A stretch of DNA of 62,961 nucleotides, filler included, from Nemertoderma westbladi (lineage: Eukaryota > Animalia > Xenacoelomorpha), in NCBI GenBank assembly GCA_032718475.1. It is 3 parts of 3 records of this genome, joined end to end, with 100 filler letters (N's around TTAATTAATTAA, not from the genome) between each part and the next. Parts side by side here need not be neighbours in the genome. Positions count along the whole stretch, not along the records: positions 28,152 to 58,060 come from JAUCBJ010000834.1; 2 more parts are not named here. One strand, written 5' to 3'. Position numbers and translations under genes: made by a program. A model generated the notes under the pieces. It had not been told where the DNA came from and made no database searches. It worked only from the letters and a program-made list of their open reading frames with translations. This document shows positions 37,609 to 49,196 of the stretch, piece after piece (the stretch's first letter is position 1; each line of letters starts with the position of its first letter).

Positions 37609-39465
37609 TTATTTACTAATATTAGGTGGAGATTTGTAGTCTCCAGACTCGTTACGAGTCTCTTCAAGAAGTACGAGACGTTGAGTCGGTCTGTCTACTG
37701 TACGACCGTCAATTGTCCGTACCGTCACAGTTCTTGTCACTCCATCCATAGATGGATGTGTGGCTAAAATGACACCTGTTATCCAGAAGTGTCTTTTTAG
37801 ATTCACTTCCGCTAACAGCACGTGATCTCCCGGCCTTAATGCGCGGGTGTTATTGTACCATGTTGTTCTGGCAGAAATAGAGGGCAAATAATGGTTTTGC
37901 CATATTTCCCAGAATTTGTTAGCTAGTAGTTGCGTGATTTTCCACGCTTTTCTACCGTAGCTATCGCCTTCCATTGGAAAAGAAATAGGCGTCAAAGTAG
38001 TCGGTGCCTGCATAAGCAGGTGTGCCGGTGTCAAAGCAAACTGGGATTGTTTGTCATCGGGTACTAATACTATTGGTCTAGTATTTAGTATTGCCTCGAT
38101 TTCAATAAACAGTGTTGTCAGTTGGTCGTCTGTCAATATGTGGTTTACTGGAATGACCTTTGCCATTGCCGTTTTGATAGATCTAATCAATCTCTCCCAG
38201 ACTCCGCCTCTCCATGGACTATCTGGAGGATTAAACTTCCAAACAATCTTGTAAGGACGTAGTTCGTTTGAGATTTGATCATGATCTAATTTCTTAAAGT
38301 CTCTAGCAATTTCATTTCGGGCACCAACAAAGTTTGTCCCTTGGTCTGAGTACAAGCATTTCACTAGTCCGCGTCTAGCGATAAATCGCCGCAATGCTAG
38401 TATAAACGCGTTGGTGGAAAGATCCATCACACGTTCAATATGAACTGCCCTACTGGACATACATGTGAAAATCAGTCCCCAGCGTTTTACTAGTATACGT
38501 CCACGTTTCGTATGTATGGGACCAAAGCAATCAATTCCAGTCTCTGTAAAAGGTGGTCTGAATGCTTGAAGTCGTGCTTGTGGAAGTTCACTCATTTCTT
38601 GAGTGCCTATTCTAGAATGTACCTTTTTACAAATAATACACGTACGTGTCACTGAACTTAACGCTTTACTGGGTCTAATTAATACAAATCTTGTACGTAA
38701 GTAGGAAAGACAGTGGTGTCTTCCAGCGTGTTTCAGATGTAAATGTGCGTCCAGTATCATTGCACGTTGTAATTCGTGATGCTGCGGTATTATTATTGGG
38801 TATCTAAAGTTTGTGTTAAAGTCAATGTTTTGAAGCCGAGATTTATGACAAATTAAGCCATTATAAATTATCGGACTCCAACTCAATATTGGTGACGACT
38901 TGATTGGTTGACCTTGACTTATAGATGTGAATTCGCCCGCGAAATATCGCAGTTGGTAATGGCGAATTAATTTAATTTCACACCTGTCAATCTCAGTCAA
39001 TGTAAGTCGACGTGTAAAGTCGCGTTTGCCTTTAACGTATTGTACAAAACGTACAATCCACACTAATTTTCGGCAAGCGTTTGTCCAAGAATCTGTTAGG
39101 TTTACAATACGGTCGACGTAAGTATTTGTGACGTCATCAGGTAAGTCAATGGAGAATTTGGAAGGTTTTGATTTACTAGAAGGGCCCACGGGTCCGCCGG
39201 TAGGTATTCCATTGTTGACTGTTGATCCGTCCGGGTCTACAAGTAATTTGTCCTTCTTTGTTTTCTTACCTTGATTGTCAGTACTTTGTAAGTCGATCGT
39301 TAATGGTGGTTTGAACTCTATGGGGTCACTGGGTTTCGGTAAACTTATTTTTCTGCCGATATTAATCCCAGGTCTCACCATAGGTTGCAAGTTTGGTATG
39401 TCTCTTGAGCGCAAAGTAACACGTAGCGTAGGTACTACCCACATCTGTAATACATGAGGTTTCAC
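37609..39465 (-). CDS. BEL/Pao integrase (HHCC, DDE core, DUF5641-like C-terminus)
   Basis: HLHLKHAG..CIIC, GIDCFGP, LIFTCMSSRAVHIE, YSDQGTNF, GGVWERLIRSIK, LTPAHLL, FWEIWQNHYL, DGVTRTVTVRT. Confidence 0.93.
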   Translation of the reverse strand: MKPHVLQMWVVPTLRVTLRSRDIPNLQPMVRPGINIGRKISLPKPSDPIEFKPPLTIDLQSTDNQGKKTKKDKLLVDPDGSTVNNGIPTGGPVGPSSKSKPSKFSIDLPDDVTNTYVDRIVNLTDSWTNACRKLVWIVRFVQYVKGKRDFTRRLTLTEIDRCEIKLIRHYQLRYFAGEFTSISQGQPIKSSPILSWSPIIYNGLICHKSRLQNIDFNTNFRYPIIIPQHHELQRAMILDAHLHLKHAGRHHCLSYLRTRFVLIRPSKALSSVTRTCIICKKVHSRIGTQEMSELPQARLQAFRPPFTETGIDCFGPIHTKRGRILVKRWGLIFTCMSSRAVHIERVMDLSTNAFILALRRFIARRGLVKCLYSDQGTNFVGARNEIARDFKKLDHDQISNELRPYKIVWKFNPPDSPWRGGVWERLIRSIKTAMAKVIPVNHILTDDQLTTLFIEIEAILNTRPIVLVPDDKQSQFALTPAHLLMQAPTTLTPISFPMEGDSYGRKAWKITQLLANKFWEIWQNHYLPSISARTTWYNNTRALRPGDHVLLAEVNLKRHFWITGVILATHPSMDGVTRTVTVRTIDGRTVDRPTQRLVLLEETRNESGDYKSPPNISK

Positions 39466-40620
39466 TGTACCTATGGTTACTCAAGGATGTCAAATTTGGT
39501 AGTTTGTCAATACAAGGCCGCTCCAATAGGGAAACTGCGGCTTTACTATTTGTCAATAGGTTACTAGTGTCTGGTAGAACATTTTGTGACATGTCTGGTA
39601 GAATGTTTCGCGGAACATCCGGCGAAATATATAGTGACGTGTCTGGCAAAACGTCTGGTTGACCGTCTAGTAACTCGTCTGGCGATACGTCTGGTAACGT
39701 GTCTGGTTGTTTGTCAATAGAAGGCCGCTCCAATAGAGAAACTGCGGCTTTACTATTTGTCAATATGTTACTAGTGTCTGGTAGAACATTTTGTGATATG
39801 TCTGGCAAAATGTCTGGTTGACCATCTAGTAACGCGTCTGGTTGACCATCTGGCGATATGTCTGGTGTAGAAAGGCTCGCAAGTCTTCCGGCGTTATCAT
39901 CTGTCGTCGATGGAATCCCTGGCTGACTCGCCTTCTCCCCAAGTCCTAAACTCACCTGGTGGATTAGCTGCTCCTTGTGACTTATCATATTAGCTACACA
40001 CGTCGTACTTGTCATGTTGTCGTGTTTTGTCGACGCTTGTGTAGTATAGTCTCGGTCGTGTGAAAGGGAATGAGTCGAAGTTGTAGTTAATAAACTACAT
40101 GTACTTTGTACATCGTCTTCCTCGTCACTTTTATCTAGTGTGCGCACAGGCGCTCGAGTATACCACCCTATCGGCGTTCTACAGGCGTATGCGTTTCCCG
40201 CTACGACTACCGATGGTCTGGTTTCCCACACTTGATGTAGGTTGAATTGATCTGTCCCGATCAGCATTGCTACCGACCTATAGTTGACAGGACATTCAGG
40301 TACACCAAGGTGTCTGAAGTACTTACGGTCCTCTAGAGATTGCTCTGGGACAGGACCTAGTAGGTTACTAAAGTCCTTTGTGGCCGCAAAGGTTAAATCT
40401 TTAAAGGGTAACAAAGACCTCTCATTTTCGCTATGTTGCGATTTCGGAAGAAGAGTGTCTAAGTTCAACTTAACTCGTGTTTCTGGTATTGCGCGTTGTC
40501 CATGCATACTACTTACGGTGTAACTGACGTTCTTACCTTGTCTAAGATCCGTGACGACATCAGCTACCTTCTCATCCACGTAACTATGAGATGAGGCTGA
40601 ATCCAGGATAGCGTAGATCC
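39362..40620 (-). pseudogene. BEL aspartic protease (DUF1758-like) followed by low-complexity linker
   Basis: IYAILDSASSHSY in frame just upstream of ORF 39362-40579; MLIGTD, CRTPIGW; then LPDxS repeats. Confidence 0.75.
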
Positions 40621-42720
40621 TTTCTGCTTTCCTTTCTGCATTCCTTTGGTGCCAGTAATCTTGACAGGAATTATACTAAACCCCTTTAGTTGATCAGGCG
40701 TCAGAAGCGCAATCGATGGTTGTTCGTCTCCAGTATCAAAGTAAATGTCGTCGTCTTCCGACTCTTCATCCGACGATCCTGATTGTTCCGAGAAGCAATC
40801 TCTAATGTGCGTCACGAAGGTCGGTGTTGTTTTCGACTCTCGACCCTTATATGCTGTGTTGCATCTTGCTGCCGCTTCCGGGTGTTCCCTGGTGAAGCGT
40901 TTGGTCGGCGTATGACTGTCTGTGTGGAGCAAACCGTCATCGTTGCGTCCACAGGAAGGACAGGTGTCTGTATTTGGGCAGTCTTTACGGACATGTCCAT
41001 GTAGCGTACACCGCCAACAAGAGTCCAATGGCCGTATTTGCAGTCGTCGTTCCTCTGAATTCAATTCGCGGAATAGTCGACATCCTCTCAGTTTATGGCT
41101 AGTATGTCGTTTACCTAGCTGTGCTCAGTTCCTGTCGGGTCTGTTTGGTTCCAATCGGTGCGGATACCTTATTACCGTCCGAAAATTGTCGGGTGTCGGT
41201 CGACGTGGCGTAAGTGGCCGTCTTGGTGGATGTTGTTTGGGGTTTTTGTCGGTTCGAGGATGGTAAGGTTATTCCTTCTGCTATGATATGTTGGTCCGTG
41301 TAGTTCGAATGCGTCTCGACTACTGCCTCTTTGGATATCAGTAAGTAGACGTCTTCCAACTTCAAGAATCCGCCTCTCTCTTCTCGCTGATATTCTATCT
41401 TTCGCCACTCCCGACGAAGTCGATGGTGTAATCTTCCTATTATTTTCAATAGGACTGTCGGAGTGTTCGCGTAGTCAAGTTGTCCAATCGAGCGTAGTGT
41501 AGTAATGGCGTTCTTAATCTCGTCAGCTAATTTCAGTAAGTCAACTGGTTTTGTTATAGCCCCCCCCTTACAGAGTTCTTCTATCACTGACTTAGCCATG
41601 CTTACGGTGCCTCCGTAAATCGAAGTTAAGCGATCGTACGCTAGTTCGAAGGCGTCTGGTACACTGACAAAGGTCTCCGCTATACGTTTCGGTTCTCCCG
41701 TCAGCGTTTGTAGCAGGTAGTTGAATTTCTCCCTCGATGTAAAGGCGCACGCTGCTATTTGTGTTTCGATGTAGTCCACAAAGGTGTGCCAATGTTTCGA
41801 GTTACCGGAAAACTTAGGTGGTTGTTGCACCGGTAATCCTTGTCTGGCTGCAAATTTCGCTATCTCCTCGGCCACGTTCAAAGTTTCGCGTCCTTGGTTG
41901 GCAATCGAGTTGATGTTCTCTCGTCTTGGCGCTTTTCCTTGATACGAGGTGTTTCTCGAGGGTTGTTTTCTTTGCTGCTTCGGGTGTCTAGAGTGTTTGA
42001 ACTCGTTACCTCGCGAACTATCAGTTTGAGTTTCCTCTAAACGTTCCTCTATCTGGGCCAACTTGTCTACAACTGGGCGCATTATTTCGGCGAGTTGTTG
42101 CGTACTAATTGCGTCCGTTGGTTGTAATGCCTTCTGTGTTGGTGTATTTTGTGGAGGATTATCGATAAAGGAATTGTCTGAACGCTCACGTTTACATTCG
42201 TCAGACGCTCCTGTTCTAAATACCTCGCGTTCCGGGTAATCCGACTCGCTTGAAGTACTACTGTCACCTGGATACGGTGGTCGACGTGCTCGCGTCCATT
42301 GTGTCGTTCGAATTCTAACATTCCATTTCGGAACATCGTCCACTGTTCTCCGTTGTTCGGTAGGCTCACAAGTCTTCCTCGAAGTTGTAGATTGCGATGT
42401 AAACTGATTAAACGGTCGCGTATCCACTGTTCTCCGTTGTTCGGTAGGCTCGCAGGTCTTCCTCGAAGTTGTAGATTGCGATGTAAACTGATTAAACGGT
42501 GGTCGAATGACAGCGTTTGAATCTAAAGGCCTTGTAGGCCTAAACGTCATTGGGTACGTGTAATGCATAACGGGTTTTGGTGTCGAAGGTGGACTCACCT
42601 GTTTAGTCGTCAGTAGTGCAGGTCCGGTCAACAAACTACTACGATCTGTAATCGGTGGGTTACTTACCTTGACTTTCAGAATAGGCGACGACGTTGCTCT
42701 TGGCGGTGTAAACTTGTCCG
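40564..42720 (-). pseudogene. BEL gag (DUF1759-like capsid region + triple Zn knuckle), frameshifted and 5'-truncated
   Basis: PPKFSGNSKHWHTF, EKFNYLLQTLTGEP, AYDRLTSIYG, CWRCTLHGHVRKDC-CPSC..LLH; in-frame 84-bp duplication at ~42340-42500. Confidence 0.88.
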
Positions 42721-42730
42721 GAATAACGAG

Positions 42731-45700
42731 TGAGGGAACTGCGCTATTAGAGAGAGAGAGAGAATTAGTGAGAGAGTGTAAAGAGACAGCCGAGAGGGTG
42801 GCGAGAAACTATAGGGAGTGGGAGGAGAGAGAGTTAGGTGAGCGTAAAGAGCACGAGGAGCGGGAGGCGAGAGTAGAAAACGAGCGCAAGGAGTGGGAGG
42901 CAAGAGAGGTGAACGAGCGCAAGGTGCGGGAGGCAAGATAGGTGAATGAGAGTAGAGAGCGGGAGGTGAGGGAGATAGAATTAGCCAACCAGAGCATGAG
43001 GGAGGACAGAGAGAGAGGGCTGGTAAACGGAAGCGGGATGATAGACATACATAGGGTTAATTCAATATCAAGCGAAGCAAAAGTGCTGATTAGAGCTGGC
43101 AAAAATGGGATTATCTGAGAATGATGGACGACAGACCCAGGACTGGTGTAACCATACGGGCGGGGGGGGGGGGGGGGGGGGGGTAATAATAATAATATGT
43201 TAGAGGGAGTTAATATTAATATTACCGTAATAGACAAACCCTATTCAAAACTTTCTTGCAGGAAATAATGTTTTACCCGGTAACAATAACCCTAATTTAA
43301 ATGTGCAAAATAATCTAAATAATACAAATAATTCTGAGCAAAATAATTTAAATAATTTAAATAATTTTGGTAACATCAATACGTTAAACAACCCTGAAGA
43401 AATTAAGAATGTCCCACAAGTGTCAATGGGAAATGTGTGCGGCAAGTTAAGTGCACCCAACGGTGGCACCCAACGGCGGGCGAGAGGGGGAGGGGGGGGG
43501 GCAGAGAATGTCCAACAAGCGTCGGCGGGCAATGCGCGCGGTGAGTTAGGTAAACCGTGGCACCCGACAACAGAGAATAGTAGGGGGATTGCGAATATCC
43601 CCAGGACCGTCCAATCGGGCAGAGAGAGAGACATTGGCGCCGTGAGCGGGTGAGCGAGAAGACGTCAAGCCCAGTCGGAAGACGGAAGAAGAACAGTGCA
43701 ATTTATCCGGGAGGTAGAAGAGAGATCTCACGAGGAGGAACACCAAACCCCTCAGACCCAAATAAGTTGTGTGACACGGAGATATGCAGGGGACTGTTAC
43801 CCCCGATGATATATCCTACACAAGGAAAGTCGACAGGCCCAACAGGCGAACCGCAACCAACAGCAGGGGAGTCTGCACCACAACCATCGAGTGCGCTAGA
43901 AGTACAAGCGATAGGAATGGCAACAATCATCGACCTGCTAAAGACCAGGATCGAGCTAACACCAGTGGAGCCATTCAAATTCGATGGTAGTAAGCCGAAG
44001 GAATACCTGCAATTCCGGCGTATGTACAGTAACGAAATATTAATGAAGAACCTGATGCAGGCGGAGTGCGTTAAATACTTACAAGTTTACACAGGGGGGC
44101 CAGCATATGACATCGTAAGGCAGTACCAAAGTATCAAAGGTGGATTCACGACTGCATGGCGGGCCCTAGACAGGGAATTCGGACATCCTGCTAAGATCAT
44201 CCGACAAACCTTAAGGGGAATAACATCAGGCAGACTACAGGATAACCCTGTCAGCATCAAAACCTTCACGAATAAAGTCGAAAAGGCGCTAATTGTGCTA
44301 AAGACCCTAGATGCACCTTATGAACTCAACACATCGAATAACATCACTACAATAGCGCAGGCACTACCGATCTGGCTGAGGAACAAGTGGAGAAAGATCG
44401 CCTTCTCCACCCGGGAGAAGAAAGGTGCAGAGCCAGGGCTAGAGGAGATGTCGAACATCCTTAACTATGAGGCAGAATTGATTACAGACCCAGTCTACAG
44501 CGAGGATAGTTTGGGGAGGGCGCCGAAAGCTGAATACAACAGGCCTAAGCCCGAACATAATCCGGCGGATGCATTCCCGAGAGTGAGACAGTTGCCACAT
44601 GCGGCCACGCAGGGGCCTTGTAGTCCACAAGCAGCTGGAAGTAGGGCCACACCGTGGCAGGGACAGAAACAAAATAACAACACGAACAAATATAATCCCA
44701 ACACACCCAGTAGGCCAAGTCCAAATAATAAAAACACTAAACCGCTAGGTATGAATATACGCGCAAAATGCAAAGCGCTTTATAAAGAAGGCTACAATCC
44801 AAAATACAAATGCCAATTACACCCAAATGCATTCCACCAGACCATGAATTGCAGGCATTGGCAGGCGTTGCCTAAACAAGATTGGGTAGCCTACGCGGGT
44901 ATAAATGGAATTTGTCATCGATGCGTGGTATGAGGACACAGATTCGAAGAATGCCAGGAAACAACAATAAGAGATGACGAGGCTGATGAGACTGGAGGCC
45001 AAACCATGGCAACGAGCACAACGGGAGCAAGGATGAAGAGGACAGTACTACTCGGGGTAGTACCAGTATGAATGACAGGAAAGGACAGGCTATCGGTCAC
45101 AACACTAATGTTGGTCGATAGTGGAGCAGCATTCACGTTAATGGAGAGTTGGGTGGCCGAAAGGATATGGGATACAGACAACACCAAGCAAGATGGTGGT
45201 AACTACTATCTCCAATAAGGATGAGGTCATGAGAATGAGAATGGGGCATTGCGAGATATCAGCGATAACACCAGGGTGCGGCTATGGGGCTACCATCGAA
45301 CCCATCCAAATAATAGAATCGATTAATATTAACGCCAGGCGACCCATGAAAATCGAGATTGAGAAATACCGGTACCTGGACAACATCGATTTCTCCGATT
45401 CGTCCTGAAAGTATCTCTCATAGTCGGCATGGACTGCCCGACAGCCCACGAGAGACTACAGACCATATTCGGCAATGACAGGAAGCGAGACCCGATGGCC
45501 ATTCTCAGGCCATTTGGATGGATGCTTACTCGCCCAATAAAGACGAGGACACCGTTTGGTTTGTCCGAGACATCAGGGTGCATGCTGCCCGGAACTGTTG
45601 AGGACATAGAGGAGAAACCAGAGACGGGCGATGGGAAGGTCCCATATGGGAAGCAGCCCGAGGAAAGACACCAGGAGTCAAGGATGGGTATGGATCTGGA

Positions 45701-45990
45701 ACCACACATGGTGGAGCTTAGTGAAAGGATAGAGGATAGTTCCAGAGAAATACCGCTGATAGATGAGTTAGGAGGGGAAGCAACAGCAAGAGAGTGGGCA
45801 GAGGAGAATGGGTTCGACGCAGAGGACCTAGAGGCGATGAGATGGAACAAGGATATTCCTGGCAAGTATCGGTATGAGGATGGAGAAGAGTGGACGGCGA
45901 GATGTCCAGAGGGGTGTCCGGAGGAGACGCCGGTGCGGTTGAGAGGCATACCGAAAAGAGGGAGGTCAAATAAGAAGACAGAGTGGAAAC
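42731..45990 (+). mobile_element. second BEL/Pao family, gag-protease fragment (copy A)
   Basis: PFKFDGSKPKEYLQF, KYLQVYTGGPA, LDREFG, CQLH..HQTMNC, CHRC, LVDSGAAFT, VGMDCP, PFGWML; near-identical to 55465-57449. Confidence 0.88.
43650..44933 (+). pseudogene. BEL gag (DUF1759-like + Zn knuckles)
   Basis: 427-aa ORF ending in a premature stop within the second knuckle. Confidence 0.85.
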
Positions 45991-46399
45991 GGAGAGGACT
46001 TCTATTGTCTATTCTGCTTTATCTATTCTCTCGATTTCTTTTCATTCTACCGTCAGGTGACGACAAGATGAAGGGTGGGATTTCGCTGCCAGGGGACCAT
46101 GAGGAAATCAAGAAGGCGGCCGAAAGACCCAATTTTAGGGTGGAGGAGAAGGGTAGATCAATTCCAAGAGAGTTGGAATTGACAAGGAGAGTGGGGCGAA
46201 GGATAATGGATTATGTAAATAGGTAAAGGAGTAAATAGATGAGTGAAGTGTGAGTATGAGGTGGGGTGAGTATGTTGGCAATGAGTTGGGTCGTTGTATA
46301 TTCCTAAAACATAAATTGAGTGATTGGTTCGTTGATATTTTTAGTTATTAATAAAAGCGACTATTACCAGACTTACCATCCCATTGTTACCAATATGCA

Positions 46400-47560
46400 T
46401 CTGAAAGTAAAGTAAAAAAGTAAATTTTCTTCGGCCACTAGGAGATGTGAATTCAATGCAACCACTACACCAAGTTGGAACCTAGGAAATTTATCTTTCT
46501 ACTAGCCTCATGATAGTGCCTTCTTATCGTATTGAAAATCCGTACTGCTTCTGTACTGCTTGCTTGTGTACTGGTAAAGCACTGCATACTACAGTACTGG
46601 TATTTATACTTCTGACACTTATCAGCTAAAATAGGATACTGATGCGCAGCGGGTCTGGGCAGCTAAGTGGGGGCACAGGTAGGATACCTGTAGAGAACAG
46701 TTTTTGTATTCTCAGCAACATGCAGACATACACTATTTCAGACACTGGCAAGGATGATGTTCCCGCAGTCATAATAATTAATACATGCCTGTCCATTACC
46801 CTACAGGGCATTTCTAAAAGCATATACTCATTTGTTGAGAAATTCTCAAAGCTAAAAATACACTTTTATATAAAATTAGAGTAAAGTCAACTGTTAGATG
46901 CGATGACACACTGGAGCGTTTGGCAGCTTCTGCTAACCTGAATGATAATTCGGATTTATTAGTTGAGCTAGACAGGAAGGGTACACTTCAAGTTATAGCT
47001 TTTGAGGCGCTAGAAGCATTATGAATCCATTATGAATGAAACTTTTGTCTATTAAAGAGTATGATACAGATCTCTTTACGCATTTGAGCCTTCTTGATGA
47101 TAAAATTAACAATTTTTCAAAATTTGTGAAAGAAAAATTTATTTCTATCGAACTTAAGATTTCCAAATATGATATAAATAGAACAGGAGCGATTCCAACA
47201 GTATCCAATCTGGCCATTCTACCCTTGTCGACCAAGTCAATCTTCTGGAACAGCTAACCTACCAAGGTCGTTTATTCCTAACAGAAGTGGTCATTGGCTG
47301 GAAAATATTGTATCTGGTAGCAGCACGACACACAAATCAAATCATATTCCAAATCAAATTTGTGTTGTGTATATTGTCAAGGGAGTCATTATGCTGCTTT
47401 ATGTGATGTATTTATTACAAAATGTAGAATCGCATAAAGTACATCTACGTAAAGAAGGTTGGTGCTTTAATTGTTTAAGAATGGACCACGATGCTACAAA
47501 TTGTCTTTCTAAAAAATGCTGTTACTTTTGCAAGAAAACGTTAGTTACTTTTGTCACGAA
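46400..47560 (+). pseudogene. strongly decayed BEL gag remnant
   Basis: HLRKEGWCFNCLRMDHDATNCLSKKCCYFCKK knuckle at ~47440-47535; left boundary uncertain. Confidence 0.5.
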
Positions 47561-48433
47561 CAAGTTTGAACATGCCATTGGCATAACAAATTAAAGTAAA
47601 TTATGTATGAATGTTCATAAATGTTCAAACTACGTAGATATTTAGGTACAAAAAAATGAATGCAAAACTGAAGGCAATTTAAAAGTTCAATATTAGTTTG
47701 TTTTGGTTCATATTCAATTTCGTTAAAGTTAGGACGTTAAATTACCTAATGTGAACGTCACAATTTGGTAACTTACTCACAATGTCCGGTAAGCAATGTG
47801 ACAAAACATTGGCAACCCCAGGTTACGAAACAAAAGCGAGCGGCTTGCTAGTAGGTTCTTCCCCGGTCATCCTTAGGATGTTAAATATAAGCCATGCACA
47901 ATTATTGTACGCAACGCTGTTACAGTATATTGGTGTACATTATGCATGATAAATCTTTCTAGCCAAAATGTTACCTCTAGAGTAAAGTTGATGCATCTGA
48001 CGTATACTATCATGGTCATCATCAGTGGTGTGGATGAGCAGATAATGTGGCCCAAATAGATTAAGATTCAAATAAGAATAGTTGGATGCAACAAGCATCA
48101 GTGAGATTTAATTTAATGTTACACCTACACTCGCCCTGTGGCAAATAAACTAATGTGATGTACTAATATATTTTAAATCCCCTATAGTCATTGTCTTGTT
48201 TGTATCTGCATCTGCTTTATGAAGGAAACAATTGTTGCTTAATTTAATATTTATTATCTAATCATTATTTATCATATATTGTTATTTTTTAAGTGCATTG
48301 CTCGTCTGTTCATGTTATCTTTGTTAAACAAATGTTTGGGTTTGGCTGATGTATCTGTATGGATGCATTTGTTATACGTCATTGGTTTACTTTTTTTTGT
48401 GGTTAATTATTGGTACTATGTTATGCTTTATAG

Positions 48434-48556
48434 ATATTGATGAATGTGATACCGCTACTGATAATTGCCACATTGATGCTAGCTGCACAAATACTGTTGG
48501 TGGATTCAGCTGTGCTTGCAATTCCGGCTATGAGGGAACTGGTGAATCATGCACTG
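48434..48556 (+). CDS. calcium-binding EGF-domain exon of a host extracellular protein (fibrillin/uromodulin/SCUBE-like)
   Basis: tttatag acceptor, GTAAGT donor, 123 bp, phase 1-1; DIDECDTATDNCHIDASCTNTVGGFSCACNSGYEGTGESCT. Confidence 0.92.
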
Positions 48557-49196
48557 GTAAGTACTTAAGTAACTATTCCTGTAAATAATCACCAGGTCGT
48601 CGAGCGAACTTTCTAATTTATCTGTACCTATTTTTGGGATCGAAACGTAATCTGCTGTCTTTGCAGCACTCTGTCCAACCTCCCTCTAGCAGGAAGGTTG
48701 GCAGGCCCTCTTAGGATCGAAACGTAATTAACTGGCCACTCAGCAGTCTCCTTGGCTACCCAATGAGGACGCTTCCTGGGGAGGTATTTAAGGAGCTGCT
48801 CGCCACTTTTTCTTCACTTCCAAGTTGACAAACTTTCCTAGTGCAAAGCCCTGCTTCAAAGTTTAATGATTTAATTGTTTCCTCTTCTATTTCCTTATTA
48901 TTCATTGAATTATTATAAATAAACTCAGTTATCGCTTTCACTCAAAATCAACTTTTTCCACCTTCACCTTAAGCAATCTCTTCTACCTCTACTTTGGGAG
49001 CCGACACATAGTTGCACTCCCTTCGGCAACAGGGATTCTAAAATTGAAGGACTCTGCATCTCTCAACGCCCAGTTCGCCACAATTTCAACTCCTTCATTC
49101 TAATTTAGGTTATAACAATGTAATTGACCAAAAGACTGGAAACCCAAAAAATGCATTGATATTCAATTCTTGTTTATTGATATTCCTGATATTCGT

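Larger units (their letters stand above)
35715..42730 (-). mobile_element. BEL/Pao-derived LTR retroelement internal region lacking RT/RNase H
   Basis: gag, Zn knuckles, protease, linker, integrase, extra ORF in order; no YxDD-containing RT or RNase H motifs recognised; LTRs not found. Confidence 0.85.
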
